A stretch of DNA of 63,827 nt, filler included, from Octopus bimaculoides (GCF_001194135.2; 6 parts of 5 records of this genome joined end to end with filler, not necessarily neighbours in it), one strand, 5' to 3'; shown: positions 23,430 through 37,877, numbered from the whole stretch's first letter. Translations and numbers: made by a program. The notes: generated from the sequence alone by a model not told the origin.

Positions 23430-25795
23430 ATGTAGAGAAAAGATAACAAATAATCCAGAATCCTTGTCTGGTACCGGATCGATCCCAAAATCTAATCAGC
23501 TCATGCCAGTCATGTAGCCAAACATCCCTGACAGTTTCATCTGAATCCATCCAGCGGTTGTTAGGATATCTTGTCCATGGACAAGCAACAAACATGACTG
23601 AAAACAATACCTCCGCCTTCGCTAAGGCAGAGGTAATAATCGTTTCTTCATTGGCCACAAGGGGCCAAACACAAAACAAATAAGGACATTAGAAATCTGG
23701 TCACATGTGGGGTTTAACACAACAATCAAGTAAATGATAAAATGATGACAATTAACAATAGAAGTAAACAATAAAATTCACCAAAAGCAGAGAGTTCCTC
23801 ACAGGGACAACCAAGGAACCTCACACATTCTGGTTATCCCATCTGCCAGACGCACCTCAGTCGACGCGTCTCTCCTCTTTACATCCTCTGGTTTATGAAT
23901 GAAAGTTCAGAGTAGGCCCATTTACACAGGCCATCCTTGCCACACGCACCCACCTTTCAACAAATTTACTGGGGAGCGGGGGACAGAACTTCCTTCTCTA
24001 CTCTCACTTTTCTTTTCAAGTGGAACTTGAAATGGTCAATGAAGGCTTGGCCAAAGAGGAAAGTAACCGTCTTCAGACCTTTCAATCTCATCCACCACAC
24101 TAATTCCTTCGCCATAGCCACCAGACTGAGGAAAACTGCCTTTCCTTNNNNNNNNNNNNNNNNNNNNNNNNNNNNNNNNNNNNNNNNNNNNNNNNNNNNN
24201 NNNNNNNNNNNNNNNNNNNNNNNNNNNNNNNNNNNNNNNNNNNNNNNNNNNNNNNNNNNNNNNNNNNNNNNNNNNNNNNNNNNNNNNNNNNNNNNNNNNN
24301 NNNNNNNNNNNNNNNNNNNNNNNNNNNNNNNNNNNNNNNNNNNNNNNNNNNNNNNNNNNNNNNNNNNNNNNNNNNNNNNNNNNNNNNNNNNNNNNNNNNN
24401 NNNNNNNNNNNNNNNNNNNNNNNNNNNNNNNNNNNNNNNNNNNNNNNNNNNNNNNNNNNNNNNNNNNNNNNNNNNNNNNNNNNNNNNNNNNNNNNNNNNN
24501 NNNNNNNNNNNNNNNNNNNNNNNNNNNNNNNNNNNNNNNNNNNNNNNNNNNNNNNNNNNNNNNNNNNNNNNNNNNNNNNNNNNNNNNNNNNNNNNNNNNN
24601 NNNNNNNNNNNNNNNNNNNNNNNNNNNNNNNNNNNNNNNNNNNNNNNNNNNNNNNNNNNNNNNNNNNNNNNNNNNNNNNNNNNNNNNNNNNNNNNNNNNN
24701 NGCCAAGCTACCTTTCTTGGTCTATGCTTGATACATGACTGTAGCTCTGTGAATGAGATGAGATGCAGAAAATCCTGCTTGACAAACAGTGATCACACCT
24801 GTTCACCATAAAGAAAGTGCTGGAGATGCTGTAGCCTCAGCACATGTCAGCACATCATTAGCTATGGCATGCCCAGTCCTCCACTCAGTGGCTGTTGACA
24901 GTAGATGGACCATCTGACGAGTAGAACACGACTCTTCCACAGAAAGCAAAAGAGCAAGCATTCCAGCTTGGTCATCCATGAAGCAGGGCAAGGGATGACA
25001 GTCAGGTGGTAGAAGATGACGGAAGTAATGTGCACATTCGCCACATCTGCCCGAGTTTTCAGGGAGAGGTACCTCTCTGCCCATTTGTGGGAGAGAGTGT
25101 GCATACTTGACGTACTGAGCAAGTGATGCTGAACGATTTCGAAAGACCACTCAAGTGATGCCACTATACATCGCAGTGATCCAGCCTCTGAAAATGGGAC
25201 TGAAGCTGGCCTACATCGAGAACAGCCTCCAAGTATAGATGGTCGACCCTGTCAAAAGCTTTTGATTGATCCAAATTGATCGGAGCCCCACCCATACCAG
25301 GGTCCTTCCCTACTCTCTCTATGATGTAGCACATGAAGTGGAGGTTGTCAGGAANNNNNNNNNNCCAGGGTCCTTCCCTACTCTCTCTATGATGTAGCAC
25401 ATGAAGTGGAGGTTGTCAGGAATAGATCTGTTTGGAATAGCGCATGCCTGTGCGTTACCGACCAACTGACGACAAGCGGTAACCTCTTGCCTAACACCTT
25501 TGCCAAAATTTTGTAATCTGTATTTAGCAGAGTTATAGCCCTAAAATTATCTAATTGATCCCCTTTATTTGAGTCCTTTCTCAGCAGCACCACCACATCA
25601 TCTCCTGTTCTGTTGCCAGTTATGAGAGACATCTGCTAAGAGACCACTGAACAAGCTTGGCATATGAAGACCATCAAACCCTGAAGACTTCTCTCTTGTG
25701 CAGGCCTTCATCATGTCCCGTATGTCTTTGGCTGTTATCGAAATTCTGCAGAACTCTGCATCCCTGGCTGAAAGGCATGGCATGCCACTGAATAT
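23430..25795 (-). mobile_element. Tx1/L1-clade LINE: RT domain and ORF2 C-terminus, decayed, spanning a gap
   Basis: LLRKDSNKGDQLDNFRAITLLNTDYKILAKVL; INLDQSKAFDRVDHLYL; LSLKTRADVANV..FCFLWK..QQPLSGGLGMP; LVAMAKELVWWMRLKGL..FKFHLKRKVRVEKEVLS. Confidence 0.9.
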
Positions 25796-27849
25796 AGTCC
25801 TCAGATACTTTGACTAGATATACCTGTTTGTTCATTTTATATTTACTAGTAGGACCAGTGGAAATTCCATGTAATGGAAAAAATTAAGAGGACGTATTTA
25901 AGAAAAAAAGGATGATTTGCATTTTTATAGCTTTCATGGTTTAGTTTTCTTTTAAATATACTTCACATTTGTCTACATTCATTTCCTCACATCTCCACCA
26001 TTGTCTATTTTCTCTTTTTATTAGATCTTCTCACTGTTCCTCTCTGGTCTGTGATCTATATCTGTGCATCCTTTCTTAAGCAGCTTGCAACCGTGTTTCT
26101 TGTGAATCTAGAGTTTAAGCTAAATTAACCCTTATAAACGAATACCAGTTTTTTAAGTGACCGGGCAATAAATAATTGCACTTATGCACATGCGATGGTT
26201 ACTATAAAAAACATTAATTCAATAAAAAACATATTTTTCAATATCAACACATCGCCACCACCACTACCACTGCTATCTGCCCCTCTCTCTCTTTCTCTCT
26301 CTCTCTCTCAATATAACTGCCTCCCCTGTTCATCTCTCTCTATCTATGTTTCCCTTTAGCTAACTCTTTAACTACGTAATAAGTATTACTTCCCCACCCA
26401 TCCACACTTCATTAACACTTCTCTCTCCCTCTTTTTCTCTCGTTCTTTGCCTCTACCTTCAGCTGACCACTTGACCATTTGCCCTAAGTGTATTAATATT
26501 AATAACCTTTCTCTAATTCTTCTTTTCTTCTTTCTTCACTCCTCCATCCCTCTCTCTCTCTCTCACTCCACCTCCACCTCTCTAACTAACTAATGTATAA
26601 CAGGCAAACAAACAAGCAAACTATTGTATAGATTTTCCTATGCTAGCATGGGCTTAACAAATACATATTTCCGAGGTGTTATTTTTACAGTCAGAAGTCC
26701 TTCGTACCACAAGCCCTTACCTGTTTTCCAAATAATAGAGTTTCCATTCACTAGTTTTCAAAAGTACAGAATGTAAACATTCCCAAAGAGACATTCATAC
26801 ACATAAACATATGCATGGACAGGCACACACACACATACACACACACACAACGAGTAAAAATGAGTTTTGTACATTTTTTTGCCTGTCAAATTCACTCATA
26901 AGCATTGGTTAGCCTAGGACTGAACCCAAAACCACTTGGCTGCAAAGTAAACTTCTTAAACACACCGTTTCTCTGTAAATAACAGGAAAATAGTCACAGT
27001 TGTTTTGATGAGGTATTTCGACTTTATAAATAAAATGGTGACAATTAGTTTAAACCAGTAAGTTTATTATAAAGTACATTGATACTAGAAAGCCCCTCAG
27101 TGTATTTGAACTCAGAACAGGACATTACTAATCTAGTCACAGCAATGTATCTGGTCTCAGTTTTGTTTTTTGTGCCCCAAACTACTATTTGCTTGGCTAA
27201 CACCACCCTATTTTTTTCGATCCCACAATTATTGAACCTAACAAAAATGAAAAGTAGAGAATCCATACTAAAATGTAGAGCAATAATTATCTCACAAACA
27301 ACCATAAAAATGTTTTTTCACATGAGTTTCTTCTCATTTATATCAAAGTATGGATTGTTCCATTCTTGATAAGCTATTCTTATATGTGAGGTAGTAGAAG
27401 GGGGAGCACAGCATACTGGATTTCCAATCCTTTGCTGTGTTCATAAAAGAGTAATAGAAATTTAATTATGCAGTTATTATTTATTGTAGTTTAAATTAAT
27501 CATTCACATATTTCAGCGAAGGTTGTACAATTGTTGAATCATGAGTGTTTTTGCTTGAAAATAAAATTGAGATACCTGAATATTTTTAACTTATTGATTC
27601 TAATCTACTTGGTAGGTAAGAGCTGACGGCATAAAATTAAGTTGTCAATTCAAGTCACAACTTTTATTGCTAAAGGTGATTTGTCTTTTACTTTGTAACA
27701 CATTTTGCCAGCTGTCCTCACCATTACTACGATAAGACTGTAATCTTCAGGCTTATAAAATATATGGACAGTATTAGGTGGCAGAATACACTCAAGTAAA
27801 TTGAATGTCTTGCTGAAATAACATCGATTGTTACTGATGCAATGAAAGC

Positions 27850-28012
27850 ATGAATTGTGAGAAAAAGATATTTTGTTGGCTAATTTTTTTCGTATCTTCT
27901 CTCTTTATAACTGCAGCTTCAATAGAGGAAGTGCTTGGAGAAGCATTTACCCTTAATGATGCATTTGACATAAACTTCAAGCCTCGGAATTTTAAGGTTG
28001 ACTGGATCGACG
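27850..28012 (+). CDS. DPP4: Dipeptidyl peptidase IV (S9B) family, coding exon 1 (signal or anchor plus start of beta-propeller)
   Basis: MNCEKKIFCWLIFFVSSLFITAASIEEVLGEAFTLNDAFDINFKPRNFKVDWID(G); FTL.D.F...FKP....V.WI matches the DPP4/FAP/DPP10 N-terminus; donor GACG|gtaagt, phase 1. Confidence 0.88.
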
Positions 28013-29545
28013 GTAAGTTACTTTATGGTTTTCACTTCTTTTTATTTTAATTTGTTTACCCTAAATTACACATATAAATTAAGGTGTGTGGATTATTTAG
28101 TAAAGGTCGTACATATATATAATATAAGTATATATATGTGTGTGTTCGTGTGTCTGTATTTTTATGTACATTTGAACCATTTGACTAATGTTGCAGTGTA
28201 TTGATAATCTTCAATACGATAAATAACTTATTCTAGTTGCTTCAGCCAAGCCTGCTAAGAAACTTCGTACTGATTCTAACAAAAGCTTCTAAAGGTTCAC
28301 TACTTTGAGGATTTGGGGAATAGGTAGCTAAATTGGACATAGCTTAGGAATGATAGTCCAGTCATAACCTATAATTGAAATTTGTTTCATTAAAATCTGT
28401 GAGGTTAAAATAGAAGAATAAGGTGAAAAATTGACTTTGAATCAAAATAGTTGTTATTTTAAAAGAAAAGTATGGATTGATTGGGTTTAAAAGAACATTC
28501 TCATTGAGAAGAATCTCTTGGTGAAAACTTCATTAAAAAATATTAGCTACAGAAGAAAATCATATGACCTTAAGTAGCAGAAAAAATGTGATTAATTTAA
28601 CAATTTAAAATATTTTTATCATTTTAAGATATTTAGCATTATAAAAGACAACTGATGTTATGTATTGTCTAGCTTACTGGTACAGAATGCTTAATTGGAG
28701 TCTGAAAGCTATTGGGTTAGATTCTCTGTAGGGGCCTGCTATCCACTGTTTTATTTTGTTTTCTTAGAGTATTTGACCAATCTAATCTGTTTACACTCTG
28801 TTCTGCATTCAAGATTTTCTTTACTTTTTGTAAAATACCAGTTGACTTGGCCCTTCATATTTAGTCATAAGGTCAAATTTTAGTCACTTGCAAGGTCTTT
28901 TAGGCTTTATCACTAATTCAGCTCTCAACCACATTGAATGTTATATCTTTATCATTCTGCATTCAAGATTTACTTCAGATGAAGGACTTTTATGAGGTGA
29001 AAACCTTGTCAAAAAATATTTGCTACAAAAAATGTTGTGTTGCTTTAAGTGGCAAAAATGTGATAATTTTCAGAAACCAAAATATTTTTGTCTTTTTAAG
29101 AGAAATGTAATATTGAACTTAAATAAAAGAGTTCATCAAGACAAATATTTTGTAGAGAAACCCCATCTAAAAATATTAAGCATAAAAATGGTAATGATTT
29201 TATGTGATTTCATATTAATTTTTATTATTTTGTTTATGTATTAAAATATGTACATATTAAAAACATATTAAAATAAAATTTTAACTAAGAAAAAAACTAA
29301 TTATTAATTAGTTAATTAGAATATAGCATTATTTCATAATAAAAATAGTTTAGAAATATATTCATTTGTAACAGATATGCTGCTATTAAACATTTGTTAT
29401 TTTTAGGTGCAAGCAAAATAATTGAACAAAATCTGTATTTTAAAAAATATTTACAACAGTCTCGGTTTTTTTTTTTTTTTTTCCAATTATAAAGGTAAAT
29501 ATAGTTATTCTAATAATAGAAGCATTGCCTGGAAAAAAGTGGACT

Positions 29546-30743
29546 AGAATGAAAAATGCAGGTACAGAATCCTAGAATATTCATAAGTATTGAACCTGGA
29601 AAAGTACAAAACAAGCAGCAATTAAACCTGGTAAAATCCAGGACAAGAAGTAAAATTTAAAATTTTGCTGCTGAAGTTAGAAATTGTTAAATAAATTTCT
29701 GAAATTGTGTATCAAATAGTGTATGCACTGTTTGATTGTTTTCTTTTCTTTTTATTGCAATTTTTTTAATTTAAGTTAATATTTTTGATTTAAAAATTCT
29801 TTATATGAAGCTAAGATATATCTATCTTTTAGTATTATATTATTTTTAAAATTTTATTTTCTTAACAAAACTATGTATCCAAAAATTTTAAATCACAGGT
29901 ACTATGTTTTAAAATTAAACTCATGTAGAATACATGTAATTCAAAAGAATAAAAAATAGTAAAAAAGATTTTTTTTATGAAACAAAAGAATTAAATTCTT
30001 TAAAGTTTGCATTATCAGTTAAAGTATTTTCTATTTACAGTTAGAAAAATATTTTTAAAAAATGAAAGCTAATGGACAAATTGAGTGCAAAATGTAGAAA
30101 TGACTCTATAACCTTTTTTAAAAACCTTAGGGGTTATAATTGTCTATTTTGCCTAAATTGCTATTATTTGATTTGTTACGGTCATGGCCAAAAGTTTGGA
30201 AGATTTTTTTTTTAATTAAAATTGCTGTGCCTAAGTTCAATTCGATTCAAATATATACGATATAGAGATATACTTACCTAATAACTGATCCAATGGTTTA
30301 ATGTATAAAAGAAAAAATTTTCAGACCTATGCCAAAGTTTTGGCCAAGTAATAATGTATTGCAAATTTAATATAACTTTGGGCATTTTGTATAAAAATTT
30401 AAATTTTCAGACCTGTATTCCAAACTTTTGGCTGCAACTATAAATATAGAAATTTGTAATTTCAAATTTTTAAAGTGTAAATTTGCTGATAGTTAATCTT
30501 TTCACGAAAATTGAAAATAAATAGTTTCTTGTGTATTTTAATTTAAACTTTCAAGTAAAAATTTTAAAATATAAAGAAATTTATTACTATTTTAGTTTTT
30601 GAATTCTAACTTTAGCAGCAATATTTTTAATTTTTTTCCTTCTTGTCCTGAATTTTTCCAGGTATAATTGTTGCTTGCTCAGTACTTTTCCAGGTTAAAT
30701 ACTTAAGAATATTCTAGGATTCTGTCCCTGCATTTTTCATTCT
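29546..30743. mobile_element. About 1.2-kb non-autonomous element with about 150-bp terminal inverted repeats, in DPP4 intron 1
   Basis: agaatgaaaaatgcaggtacagaatcctagaatatt..ccaggacaagaag..gctgctgaagttagaa against the reverse complement of ttctaactttagcagc..cttcttgtcctg..aatattctaggattctgtccctgcatttttcattct; about 85-90% by eye. Confidence 0.8.
30179..30440. mobile_element. Tc1/mariner-type MITE nested in the 29546-30743 element
   Basis: TA|cggtcatggccaaaagtttggaa ... ttccaaacttttggctgcaacta|TA. TIRs resemble CAGTTGTGGCCAAAAGTTTGG, with TA on both flanks. Confidence 0.7.
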
Positions 30744-31762
30744 TGTTCAGTACGTGTCCACATTTATTAACCTTAATTTAAGGTGTGCATCTCTATCCAC
30801 AAGCTGATTTACATAAAAAAACTTACAATGCAAAAAGTAATTAATCAAAGTAATCGATAAAACACAGAAAAAAATCCAGTAAAGAATTTTCTATGACTAT
30901 ACTCACCCAGCTCAAATAATAAGCCCCAAATCTCACCTCATCCTCATTATTATGAATTATTATTCTTCTTTTTCTTCTTCTTCTTCTCCTCACCTGCTGG
31001 CATTGACAATCATGAACTTTACAACCCGCAGTCCCTTGCACAAGATAACTAGTTATAGGGCTGGTCTTTCCATAGCCAGCTGGTAAGACCACTAACTGTA
31101 GTCTCAGTCTGTCACTAATCAAGACATTTGTTCACAAATCATTGTAAGCTTATGGAACTCTCTACTACTTTTGAAATAAATGAAGAAATATTTTGTGTTA
31201 TAAACATTATGACACCTTATAACCCTCTCTATAAAAACACTGGATTACTATTGCTAAATTGGTATCTTAAATCTTTGCTTCCATTTCTTAAATTGGTTCA
31301 CTGTGTACCAAATTGGTACATTATCATCATCACCAACAGCAGCAGTATTTTATGTCCACCCTCCATGCTGGAATAGGCTGAGCAATCCAACAAGATCCAA
31401 TAGGATCCAACAGACATGAGAACCACATCTTGCTTCAGCATTTCAGTTTTGACATGATTTCGACAGTTAGATGGCATTCTTAACACCAATCACTTTAAAC
31501 TATTCTAAATGCATTTTTCATGGTGCCAGCATTATAGCAATTATTTTACTTTGGCAAGATTTAAGAGTTTGTGTGAACTTGTGCTATCTCTGCTCAATTC
31601 ACCAGCAACTTTACAGAGTGTACTAAGTGCTTTTTTCATGACACCAGTACTAGCATAAGATTAAAGAGCCCTCCCCACACATGAAAATGGAGAATATGAG
31701 AGAGTGTGTCTGCTTTTAGACAGAGAGTTCAAAGAAGTTAAAATAAGATAGGAGGAGTAGAC

Positions 31763-31816
<54 letters not shown>

Positions 31817-31873
31817 AGAAAATGATTCAAATAAACAAATAAAACTGTTTGGGCCAATATACAAAACATACAT

Positions 31874-32263
31874 AGGCACAGACATGGCTGTTTGGTAAGG
31901 AGCTTGCTTCTCAACCACATAGTTCTGGATTCACTCTCACTACATGACACCTTGGGCAAGTGTCTTCTACTATAACCTCGGGCCAACTAAAGCCTTATCA
32001 GTGAATTTGGCAGATGGAAACTGAAAGAAGCCCATCATATATATACATATGTGTGTGTCTTTGTGTTGTGTTTGTCCTCCCATCACCACTTGACAACCAG
32101 TTTTATGTCTCCATAACTTAGTGGTTCAGCAAAGGAGACTGATAGAATAGGTACTTGGCTGAAAAAAATAATAATAATTCCTGGGTCGATTTGTTCGACT
32201 AAAAAAAAAAACATTTAAGGCAATGCTCCAGCATGACTGAAACAAGTAAAAGAATAAAAGAAT
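31874..32263 (+). mobile_element. SINE family B (diverged full length)
   Basis: aggcacagacatggctgtttggtaagg..cttgggcaagtgtcttctactataacctcggg..gactgaaacaagtaaaagaataaaag. Confidence 0.85.
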
Positions 32264-32522
32264 ACATATATACATGTAAATTGAGAGAAAACAAAGTCTG
32301 AAAATATTCAGATGATGAGTATTCATGTATAAATATATAGATATTTACAAATTAACTGAGTAGTTATACAGAGTACAAAGACACAGAAAATTAAGGGGAA
32401 ATTATATGGTGTTGATAGAACATGTATATCATTAGAAATATGTTCGCAAAAGAGGTAATGGTGCCAAGTGAGGAATTTCTGTTGATTAATTAAACTTTTG
32501 TGTATTTATATATATATTTCAG

Positions 32523-32620
32523 GTGAAGATGCATTTCTTTACAGAAATGATGATGGTGCTCTATTTGAATACGACTGCCTTACGAAAAATTCTACATTTA
32601 TTATGGATAATACCACATTT
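32523..32620 (+). CDS. DPP4: DPP4-family coding exon 2
   Basis: tttcag|GT GAA..ACA TTT|gtaagt; (G)EDAFLYRNDDGALFEYDCLTKNSTFIMDNTTF aligns with human DPP4 [31 protein letters not shown], including both N-glycosylation sequons; phase 1 in, phase 0 out. Confidence 0.92.
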
Positions 32621-33949
32621 GTAAGTATATTTATTTATCTCCTTTGTGTAACATAAAGATTCTACATTGTAATAATTTCATTTTTCTTATTGGTCCTCCT
32701 ATTGGCTAAAGAGCTTGTAACTTGCTACTAGTGTATTGGTAAGTACTGAGGAGTTTAGATTAAGAGTGAAAATGGTCTGGAGTTGTCTCCTGAACATATA
32801 CTTTTACTATTTTGGCTCATTGGTCTGTGACACGAGTGTAGTCAATTATACCAAGTCCAGTACTTTGTCTAGTACTTTATCAATCCCCAAAAGAGGAAAG
32901 GAAAACTTAACCAGGGCAGAATGTGAAATCAAACTGTAAAGAGATATATTCAAATAGCACAAGATATTTTGATTGATGCTTTACCAATACTGAGAAACAA
33001 TTCTAGAGAAATAAAAATGTAAGTTACTGACTAATAGCAGTTTTTCTTACCAAATATTTATTTCTAGTTACTATTAGCTAATACTGACTTCATTACTCTA
33101 TCAATTTAATTTGTAGTTGGGAAAGTGATGGATTCTAAAAGGTTGACTTGCTCTTTCTTTTTTATCTTCAAGTCAAGAGGGAAGGCAGTGCTTATGACCC
33201 ATTACAGGGTTTCTGAGACTGGTGAGTGAGGAATGAGGAGGGTATCCTCAAACTAGAAATTTGGCCCAAATGCCTGCAACACCCAAAGTGTCAGATAGTG
33301 TGTTTAAAGTGGGCAATGGATTAAGTCAACCACTACAGTAGGCCATAGTGAGATTTGAACACAGAATGCAAAGAGCCAGAACAAATTCGGCAATGCAGCA
33401 ATCCAATGTTTCTATAGTCATCCACTGCTTTGGATTGTTACTATTTCATTTACCTTGAAAGTATGAAAAAACAGACCTTAGCAAGATTTGAATTCAGAGT
33501 GCAGAAAGTCAGAACAAATACCTCAAAATATTCAGTCTGATGCTATAATGACTCTGCCAACTTGCCCTCAAAATATGACTTGAATATTGAATATGAAGTC
33601 TTTCGTAATAATTTTATAATCCAATTGATTACGTGTCTCACCAACATCTTCACTACATTCCTTTCTATAATGAGAGCCCTTTATAGAAGTAATCACCAGC
33701 CAAACTATGACTATGACTCCCACTTGTATATTATTTCACTTCATTTTCATTGCTTACTCCATTAGGAAAGGCATTATTTCTACTTTATGTGAAGTTAACA
33801 AAACTAATTCCCAGTTGTTGCATACAAAATGTGGAGAATATCCAAACTGAAAATACAGACATACATTTGGGATTGACTCTATTGCAACTATATGACTACA
33901 ACAGATTGTACAAGAACTAGTAAGCTTAGCAAAGACAAAAGTATTAGGA

Positions 33950-34830
33950 TAAACTTAGCTAATACTAACCTCAAAATAGACTTAACAAAGACTCAAGTTT
34001 TTGTAAGGAAAAAAGACAGAACCCTGCTACCATTAAGAAAATGGCTATGCTTGATATGCAGAAAAGGAGTTGGTAGAAATTTCAGAGTGAACCCCTATGT
34101 AAATTATGGACACACAAAAGGTGTAGTGAGATCACAAACAAGTCAACAAAGAAAGTAGATTTTGTATGCACAGGTGCATTAAAATGGTTTAGTATCTAGA
34201 ATACAGGTTTATTCCTTCAAATACTCGAAATGATCATTAGAAGTAGTTGATAACATTAGTTAGGTAACCTAATTTTTTGTGGCAGTAGAAGTATAGTAGC
34301 CAGAGTAAGAATTAGATGAGGAAAGTTAAGTGAACTGTAACTTCTGCTGCTAGGTAACAAAAATTTTCTATTTCGGATTAAAGGGCAAATTATATGATGT
34401 ATTGTGTACAAAACATGATGCTACATGATAGAAAGACATGGACCTTAAATGCAGAAGATTCACAATGATTAGAAAGAAATGAAATGAGAATACTCTGCTG
34501 CATGTGTAATATTAGCATATATGAACAATAGAGCATAAATGAGCTGAGAAAAGTTAGATTTAAGTAGAATTAGATACAGTGTGCAAAAGAGAAGATTGTA
34601 CTGATGTGAGCATGTGATGTATATTGAGGATATATGGAGAAGTGCATTGTGTTTGAAGTAAACGAGACTTGAAGCCCTAGAAAAACATATGACAGTCAGG
34701 AAACTGAACCTCATGTTGGAAATGACAAACAGCTGTGATGAGTGGTGATACATAGTGCTAGAGAAGACCAGCCCACCAGTCAAGTATGGCAAAATGGTTA
34801 TTATTAAAATGGTAAAGGTTAGAATGCATG
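33950..34830 (+). mobile_element. RTE-clade LINE 3' fragment, decayed
   Basis: DLTKTQV..KWLCLICRKGVGRN; then FRIKGKLY..MML.DRKTW.L..ED..LERNEMRILCCMCNIS (cf. RLKGKLY..MLYGSETW..RLERNEMRMLRWMC). Confidence 0.75.
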
Positions 34831-35455
34831 ACATCATTGGATCACTCACTTATAATGTTCTTGTTAAGTCTTCATCTGCTACCTCCTCCATAACCCTCTC
34901 TCTTATTCACCACTAGCATGATGAGGAATGATATCTAATTTAATTAGTCCATATTTAATCTCCTATCATCCTGTTATCACTCTGTCTCTCTTCTCCTATC
35001 ACACTTCTCTCATTCTACCTCTCTTTCTCTTTATCACCTCTCCCCAACCACCATCCCTTATCACTCTACCTCTCTTTCACCATCTCCCCTCTCAGTTTCT
35101 GCCGCTTTTAGACATCTTTCACTTTACATCACCAATTTGTATTGCTATCTATCACTCACTTGCTCTTATGACTGCCCAGCTGTATAGCTATCTCATCATC
35201 AAAGTGCTCATACTGTTTTTCAATTCAGTCCCCATAAAATCAATCAACATCTAACTGTCACTGTCCCTCTACTCCCTCCACTACTATCTTATCTCTCCCA
35301 TCACTGTGTTTCACACACAACCTCTTACTCTCTCTCTTTTTTACCCTTATAGACATCATACTCTCTCCATCTATACAGACCCTTGGTCATATTTGCCTTT
35401 AAAGAATGGGGGCAGCCTAGGATAGAGAGAACTATTTAGTCTCATAGAATATAAG

Positions 35456-35505
<50 letters not shown>

Positions 35506-37227
35506 CACCACCTTTCTCAAGCTGGAGCCACAACATAATGTACCCAGTTTTCTCTGTAAAGTGACTGGCCAATGAAAGGAGACAATGTAGGGTGGAGAGA
35601 ACAAGACTAAAGTACTGATGCCTTGATAAAAAGCACCCAATTCAGTGATTAATGTTAGGATTGGCATCCAATCATAGAAGCCATATTAAAAATGGAATGT
35701 ATAACCATGACGTGGTTCACTGACTCCTCTATGTAGGCAGGTCTCCACTTGCTCCATGATGGTGATGTATTGAGTATTTTGAATGTTTCATAAGCCTATC
35801 ATCAAATGTACTACGTGGATGTGTGTATATGAAAAGAAGAGTAATAGGCCTGGCAATATATTTTCTCTAAGAGCCTATATTACCACACACTGACAGAAAT
35901 TTTATTTATCTCCCATTGAGTCCTGTACAAAAGCATTTTAACAATCATACAGAGCAGCCAAAGAAGCTATACGCTCACTACTGTCATACTTCACTACACA
36001 TATCCAACAACTGCATAAGAAGGGTATGCAATATAGTTGCAATCCACTCTAAAGTATGACACATTTGAGAAACTAAACTTATGGGTTATCTCAAAACATT
36101 TGATTTGCTATATCAGAATTTGTGTGCCATTGGTCTAATATTCCACTTATAATTCAAATTAACAACAGCAATTGGCTCTATGGCCCAGACTTGGGGTTTA
36201 ATTTTTTTATCAAAATGACAGAAGTACTATTTCATTCACAACCTCAGAGAAATTTACTGCTTTTATGCTAGGTTACTGGTTAAGTTTATCCTGGTTGCAC
36301 CTAATAGTATTCAGAATCCTGATAATCATCAGGTGTCTATCTCAAAACTTAATCCTCTAAAGTATATTTGTTGCCTTTAAATCATATATAAGTTCATTCT
36401 TGACTCAATAATGCCAGCCAAATGTTAAGTTAGTGTTAATATATTTAATGTGCTTTTTAAAAACCATTCTATTCTGTACAGCACATCATTCCAGACATAT
36501 TTGTAATATTCTGTTGTTGCCTTTGGATTGTTTATGAGTTAAATCCTGGTTGCACCACAATAACAGGTCAACCTATAGTACTGGTGGAGCAGCCTCCAAC
36601 ATTTTTGATGGAAATCAGTTCAACATCAAAGTTTCCATAGTTAAGAACACATAATATTTTAATTTCATAAGAACAGGTATATTTTGTTCTTAACCGAAAT
36701 GCTTATAGTCAGCATCAAAAACCTAATAAAAATATCGATGCAGAGAGAAAAAGATAATACCAGTTCAGTGACTAATCATTTTGGTTAGTACCAGAGACAA
36801 CTCTGGACATATTTTGGTCTGCACCATATTAGCATTACTACTTCTTGCTTGTCTGAAAACTTACTTCCTTAAAGTATTTGTTTATGTTTGTCTCATAGTT
36901 TAAACTGCATAAGTGTAAATTCATGTTGTAACCAAAAATCTCAGGGTCTTAGCTTATGTATCAAAAATTTAGTCCAAACTAGATGAAAGTAGATAACTAA
37001 GGAATTTTTGGAACTAAGTACAGAGACATAGCTTGTTCTTTTCAGTTCAAAGACCTATCTAATTCAGTTCTTTTATTAAATATTTTGAAGAATATGGGCA
37101 GCTCCCCTATCATTTCTCAGGACATTCTAGATAAGGATAAATTGATGAAGCTAGAGAGGTTTATTTTCAGTTTTAATTCTTGGAGAGCAGCAGTTGAAAG
37201 GAAAGTAGGCAATAGAAAAATTTTAAA

Positions 37228-37518
37228 TTGGTACTCTGTTGGTTACAATGATGAGTGTTCCAGTTGATCTGATCAACATAACAGCCTGATCATGAAATTA
37301 AAGTGCAAGTGGCTAAGCACTCCACAGATACTAGTAACCTTAACATAGTTCTCAGGGAGATTCAGCATAACACAGAATGTGACAAGACAGGCCCTTTGAA
37401 ATACAGGTACAACTAATTTTAACCAGCTGGGTGAACTGGAGCAATGTAAAATAAAGTGTTTTACTCAAGAATACAGTACACTGCCAAGTACCAAACTCAC
37501 AAGCCAAATACACTAACT
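37228..37518 (-). mobile_element. SINE family C (diverged)
   Basis: ttccagttgatctgatcaa..cagcctg..tgaaatta..gtgcaagtggctaagcactccacaga..gtgacaagacaggccctttgaa matches the 42441-42810 copy. Confidence 0.8.
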
Positions 37519-37877
37519 TCTTCACATAAAGTGTAGTTGATAAGATATTGCTAAGTAATGTAAGTGAAAGTTCACCAATCAAGTGAACATGTGTATGATA
37601 TATTTACCCACCTAATTTACAATAAATTTTACAATAAATTTTTAATTAGATTTTGGACATATGATTCCAAAGAACAGCTCTGTTTCAAATATTGGATACC
37701 ACCTCACCTTGTGACTTATTAACATAACTAATTTTTATATTTAATTATATTAACTACTACTAGTCTACTTGAAATTTTATGACTGTAGTCTTTCATTTAA
37801 TTGTTTACATTTATAAAATATAAAAAGAAAACTAAAGTAAATCAAAATATCATCTGGTTTATATTTTCTTTCCTCAG

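Noticed and set aside
25297-25422. Exact 58-bp direct repeat on both sides of a 10-N gap
   Set aside because: Typical unmerged overlapping contig ends; assembly artefact.
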